A DNA stretch of 64,000 nucleotides, from positions 1,129,843 to 1,193,842 of the forward strand of contig CAVUBQ010000002.1 of NCBI GenBank assembly GCA_963739845.1, in the 5' to 3' direction. The position numbers and the translations under genes were made by a program. Under the pieces are notes generated by a model that was not told where the DNA came from, searched no databases, and saw only the letters and a program-made list of their open reading frames with translations. This document shows positions 59,996-64,000 of the stretch, in pieces. This stretch comes from Vulcanimicrobiota bacterium (lineage in GTDB: Bacteria; Vulcanimicrobiota; Vulcanimicrobiia; Vulcanimicrobiales; Vulcanimicrobiaceae). How positions within the stretch are numbered: the first letter of the stretch is position 1; every line of letters starts with the position of its first letter.

Positions 59996-61428
59996 ACCGG
60001 CACCTCGCCGAGGTGGCCTAACTCACCCCGCTCGACGGTGGCGGGCACTTTCGGCTCCTTGGAGCGCCCAACGCCGAGATAGTGCAGTCCGGCCAACGCG
60101 ATCTTCTCGCTGTCGAAAAAATTCCGGCCATCGACGACGACGTTGCCCCGCATCAGTTTGCGCACGGCTTGGAAGTCGAGTCCGAGATATTGGCTCCATT
60201 CGGTCCCCAAGACCAGCGCGTCGCATCCCTCGATCGCCTCATACATATTTGAACAGAACGCGACGCTTGAGCCGAGCTCCGCGCGAGCGTTGTCGATCGC
60301 GACCGGGTCGTGTGCTGCTACTGCGGCGCCCGAGCGGACGAGCGACTCGATGATGCGTAACGGCGGTGCTTCGCGAACGTCTGAGGTGTTGGGCTTAAAG
60401 GCCAACCCGAGCATACAGACGTTCTTGCCTGCAAGCTCTCCGCCCAATGCACGTTTGATCTTGTCGACCGTTCGACGAACCTGTGCCCGATTGATCGCAT
60501 CGACCGAACGCAGCAGCGTCGCTTGGTACGATTTTCTATCGGCGAATCGCTCGAGTGCCAAGACGTCTTTGGGAAAGCACGAGCCGCCATAGCCTATTCC
60601 CGGACTCATGAACGACCCGCCGATGCGAGGATCGAGCGCAATTGCGGCACGCACCGCCGTAACGTCGACGCCCACCAGTTCGCAAATATTGGCGATTTCA
60701 TTGATAAATGAGACCTTTGTTGCCAGGAAAGCATTTGCGGCATACTTGATTAGCTCGCTCGTACGCAGGTCGGTGACGAATACCGGCGCGTTCAACGGCG
60801 CGTATAGGTCGCGAATGGTCGCCGCGGCGCGGGCATTATTAGCCCCGATGACAACGCGATCGGGATGCATGAAATCGGAGACCGCCGACCCTTCGCGCAG
60901 GAACTCCGGATTGGATACGACGTCGACGCGATGCGGCTCGGCAGCGCTCTCGGTGACGATCGCCGAGAAGAACTCGCCGGTCTCCACGGGAACCGTGGAT
61001 TTCAAAACGGCGATTTTCGGCCCGTTGAGGACCCGCGCGATCGTCGCCGCGACATCGAAGATCGCGGAAAGATCCGCGCTCTCGTCGCTGCGCATGGGCG
61101 TTCCCACGGCGATAAAGATAATGGTGGCTTCGCGAATGCCCGCTTCGACGTCGTCCGAAAACGAAAGCCGGCCTGCGCGCACATTGCGGAGTATGATCTC
61201 CTCGAGATTTGGTTCGAAGAACGGTAATTCGCGGCGTTGTAGGGTCGCGATCTTCTCAGCGTCCTTGTCGAGACAAACGACGGAGTTCCCAATATCGGCC
61301 AGGCACGCTCCCGTGACGAGTCCCACGTAGCCGCTGCCAATTACTGCAAGTCGGTGCCGTCCGTTGTGTGATCCGTTCTTTGTGACAAATGTAGATGTCC
61401 GTTGGGGACCAGACATTCGCATTTGCAT
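59992..61428 (-). CDS. ugd: UDP-glucose 6-dehydrogenase
   Basis: LAVIGSGYVGLVTGACLA, and GYGGSCFPKD (catalytic Cys). Confidence 0.9.
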   Translation of the reverse strand: MQMRMSGPQRTSTFVTKNGSHNGRHRLAVIGSGYVGLVTGACLADIGNSVVCLDKDAEKIATLQRRELPFFEPNLEEIILRNVRAGRLSFSDDVEAGIREATIIFIAVGTPMRSDESADLSAIFDVAATIARVLNGPKIAVLKSTVPVETGEFFSAIVTESAAEPHRVDVVSNPEFLREGSAVSDFMHPDRVVIGANNARAAATIRDLYAPLNAPVFVTDLRTSELIKYAANAFLATKVSFINEIANICELVGVDVTAVRAAIALDPRIGGSFMSPGIGYGGSCFPKDVLALERFADRKSYQATLLRSVDAINRAQVRRTVDKIKRALGGELAGKNVCMLGLAFKPNTSDVREAPPLRIIESLVRSGAAVAAHDPVAIDNARAELGSSVAFCSNMYEAIEGCDALVLGTEWSQYLGLDFQAVRKLMRGNVVVDGRNFFDSEKIALAGLHYLGVGRSKEPKVPATVERGELGHLGEVPV

Positions 61429-61514
61429 CTCCTTGCCGTGGGGTTCCGAGAAAGTGTGCGGGTGGTAAGGAAACTGAGTAGCTAAGCGAAGTGAGTTACG
61501 CGGAGTTCTTAGCG

Positions 61515-61755
61515 GCGTTGCGGTCCTCCTTTCCGGAGTATTCTGCTACCGCCGTTGATCGTTTCGCCGTTTGCGAAGAAGGGCTTTGTCTCGCACGTCC
61601 GCTACGAGCACGGCAGCATGCTGAAATTCATCGAATATCTTTTCGGACTCCGCTTCAAAGAGTCTCCGCGACCGTTCGAGCCTATCGCCGCGCCTTATAA
61701 TCGAGATTTCTTCAAGCGTCAAGCTGCCGATCTCGAGCGGCCGGAATCGAATTAA
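61515..61755 (+). pseudogene. C-terminal remnant of a phosphoesterase paralogue
   Basis: PEY.. / LPPLIVSPFAKKGFVSHVRYEHGSMLKFIEYLFGL..PRPFEPIAAPYNRDFF aligns to EPPEYADYDGLGFRLPLLVISPYAKKGAVSHTHYEHGSMLKFVEDHFDL..PRKFVPIHAPHGHDYF of the next gene. It spans two frames and has no N-terminal ~400 aa. Confidence 0.75.
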
Positions 61756-61795
61756 CCCTCATGAAATTGACTTTAGTCAATATTCTGACCACCCA

Positions 61796-63241
61796 ATGTA
61801 TCAGGACCACCCCTTGCTGAAAGCGAAAGAGGCCGCCCTTATGTGCCGTCCCTGGTTGAAGGTCCACTCTGGAATCCTAGCGACCGTGCTTCTTCTAACG
61901 GCTTGCAAAGGGGCTAGCGAGACGGCCTCGCAGCCTTTCGTGCCTGGCATCAGAGGGGCGTTTGGCAATCCCTCGGCCAGCCTCGCAACGCGCGATACGG
62001 CGAATGGCAAGATTAAGCACGTCGTCATCATTATTCAAGAAAATCGCAGTCTTAATAACCTATTCTACGCGTTTCCCGGGGCCCGCACCGTAAAATACGG
62101 CTACGATTCCCACGACCAAAAAATCGCGCTGAGGCCGATCGGGTTAGAAACGACCTGGGATCTCGCTCACTACGCGAACGGTGCGCTTACTGCGTGCAAT
62201 GGGGTGGGGAGCGTACCGGGCACCGATTGTCGGATGAACGGATTTGACAAAGAGCGAGTGCAGCTTTGCGGCGGATCTAGACCGCCCTGTCCGAAGCGCG
62301 ACCCGGAGTATGCCTACGTCCCGCACTCCGAGAGTAAGCCTTACTTCGAAATGGGACGGCAGTACGTTCTAGCCGACGAGATGTACGCTTCCGACTTCGA
62401 CGCGAGCAGCTTCGTCTCGCACCAATACATCATCGCCGCCCAGGCTCAGTCGTCGGTGGACTATCCCAACGTTGCCGGAGCCTGGGGCTGCTCTGGGGGC
62501 CGTCACGACGTTGTGGGCAGGGTCGACCAGAACCGTCATTTTCCTGCGGGTCACCAAGTCGTTTGTTGGGACACGACGACCATAGGCGACGAGCTCGACC
62601 AGGCAGGCCTTTCGTGGGCGTTCTACACTTCGCGCATCGGCGCTAACGGTGGGATTTGGAGTGCGTACCAGACTATCAAACATATCTACAAGGGGCCCGA
62701 TTGGGCTGACGATGTCATCACGCCCCAAACACAGTTTTATGACGACGTCGCCGACGGCGCGCTCAGGACGGTTACGTGGATAACCCCAACCTACCAAAAC
62801 TCGGACCACGCCGGCGCGGGGAGCAGCACTGGGCCCTCGTGGGTAGCTTCCCTCGTAAATGCCATAGGGAAATCCAAGTCTTGGAACTCCACAGCGATCT
62901 TCATCTTCTGGGACGATTATGGTGGTTGGTACGACCCCGAGCCGCCGGAGTACGCCGACTATGACGGCCTGGGGTTCCGGCTCCCGCTGCTCGTCATATC
63001 GCCGTACGCGAAAAAAGGCGCCGTTTCTCATACGCACTACGAGCACGGTAGCATGTTGAAGTTCGTCGAGGATCACTTCGACCTAGGGAGACTTTCGGCT
63101 AGCGACACGCGCGCCAACTCCCTCGACGATTGCTTCAACTTTCACCAGGCGCCGCGAAAATTCGTGCCGATTCACGCGCCTCACGGCCACGACTATTTTA
63201 GAAGCCAGCCCCTCGACCTGAGACCCCCTGACACCGAATAG
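61796..63241 (+). CDS. phosphoesterase family lipoprotein (PLC/AcpA-like); likely start at Met 61841
   Basis: MCRPWLKVHSGILATVLLLTACKG and IKHVVIIIQENRSLNNLFYAFPGA. Confidence 0.85.
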   Translation: MYQDHPLLKAKEAALMCRPWLKVHSGILATVLLLTACKGASETASQPFVPGIRGAFGNPSASLATRDTANGKIKHVVIIIQENRSLNNLFYAFPGARTVKYGYDSHDQKIALRPIGLETTWDLAHYANGALTACNGVGSVPGTDCRMNGFDKERVQLCGGSRPPCPKRDPEYAYVPHSESKPYFEMGRQYVLADEMYASDFDASSFVSHQYIIAAQAQSSVDYPNVAGAWGCSGGRHDVVGRVDQNRHFPAGHQVVCWDTTTIGDELDQAGLSWAFYTSRIGANGGIWSAYQTIKHIYKGPDWADDVITPQTQFYDDVADGALRTVTWITPTYQNSDHAGAGSSTGPSWVASLVNAIGKSKSWNSTAIFIFWDDYGGWYDPEPPEYADYDGLGFRLPLLVISPYAKKGAVSHTHYEHGSMLKFVEDHFDLGRLSASDTRANSLDDCFNFHQAPRKFVPIHAPHGHDYFRSQPLDLRPPDTE

Positions 63242-63388
63242 TTCCATGAGGCGACGGGGCGGCTGTAATGCCGAGCGGGGCGACGTTCCCCAAAGTGCGA
63301 ACCGAGCGTTCGCTCAATCGAACAGCTAGGCGCGGGAGCGCGTCGAGCAGAAACCGGACTACCTCTTCCCTTGTCTGGAGAACCGAGA

Positions 63389-64000
63389 ATGCGTCATCGG
63401 TGTTGCGCGGCTGGTCGGAGGTTTTTACCGCGCATCGGAGCTCTGCTCGCAGCAGTTGTCCTTGTTGCGGGCTGTTCGCATCGCGCGGAGCCGTCGCTGC
63501 TGCCGAGCACGACGACCTTTTCTAGCGACCCGATGTTAAGCCCATTCTCGGTTTCGAGGGACGCCACGGTCTTTCGGGTGATTCACGCCTTTAAGGGACC
63601 CAGTGGCGATGGCGCGGCAGCATATGGCACACTGATCGATGTTGGCGGAAAGTTTACTGGTACGACGAGCGTCGGCGGTGCAGGGTCGAAGTGCAGTTCG
63701 GGTTGCGGCACGGTCTTTAGCGTTGGCAAAAACGGGGCGGAGCGCGTCGTCTACAACTTCGGAAGCTATAAGAGCGACGGGGCTTTTCCGTACGCCATGC
63801 TGCTTCGGTTTCAAGACTCGTCGTATGGGACGACGAGCGCGGGCGGCGCGGCCTCTGGCTGCACAGGCGGCTGCGGGACGGTCTTCAAGATCGACGCGCG
63901 CGGTAACGAGCAGGTTGTCTACAGCTTTGGTTCTTACACGCACGACGGGCTGAGTCCAGCGGCCGGTCTGACGAATGTTGGAGGCACGCTCTACGGCACG
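63389..64000 (+). CDS. lipoprotein with GloVer-type tandem repeats, 3' end outside the window
   Basis: My own translation: MRHRCCAAGRRFLPRIGALLAAVVLVAGCS..FKGPSGDGAAAYGTLIDVGGKFTGTTSVGGAGSKCSSGCGTVFSVGKNGAERVVYNFGS..GCGTVFKIDARGNEQVVYSFGS. Confidence 0.7.
   Translation, partial: MRHRCCAAGRRFLPRIGALLAAVVLVAGCSHRAEPSLLPSTTTFSSDPMLSPFSVSRDATVFRVIHAFKGPSGDGAAAYGTLIDVGGKFTGTTSVGGAGSKCSSGCGTVFSVGKNGAERVVYNFGSYKSDGAFPYAMLLRFQDSSYGTTSAGGAASGCTGGCGTVFKIDARGNEQVVYSFGSYTHDGLSPAAGLTNVGGTLYGT

Overview
High-GC bacterial chromosomal window with about 70 genes. I cannot assign a taxon from the sequence. Most of it is housekeeping or metabolic: katG with a Fur-family regulator, infA, PBP4, an acyl-CoA desaturase, GH10 and GH130 enzymes, and a ugd-uxs-GT2 polysaccharide operon. 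There are also many secreted lipoproteins with beta-propeller repeats.

Four regions stand out.

(1) 15.5-26.5 kb is an integration hotspot. It holds a tmRNA-like 3' fragment, a visibly lower-GC two-gene cassette, a decayed tyrosine integrase, and an intact tRNA-Sec (selC). selC is followed by three cargo segments, each ending in a copy of the selC 3' end. Two of these segments share a ~0.95 kb direct repeat. The third carries a prokaryotic pentameric ligand-gated ion channel.

(2) 32258-34823 encodes a single-gene TIR / NB-ARC (STAND) / TPR protein. It is the best candidate for an uncharacterised immune or signalling system.

(3) 54.5-61.4 kb pairs a processive QxxRW GT2 synthase with UDP-GlcA and UDP-Xyl supply genes, a small beta-barrel protein and a GH10 xylanase.

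(4) There are unusual fusions and paralogues: a beta-helix fused to an FAD oxidase, a G1 peptidase preceded by a leader-like ORF, and four phosphoesterase copies.

Caveat: at least 15 genes need 1-nt frame changes to read through, often at short homopolymers. Consensus indel error is as likely as true pseudogenisation, so exact CDS ends are approximate. I found no rRNA and no CRISPR array.
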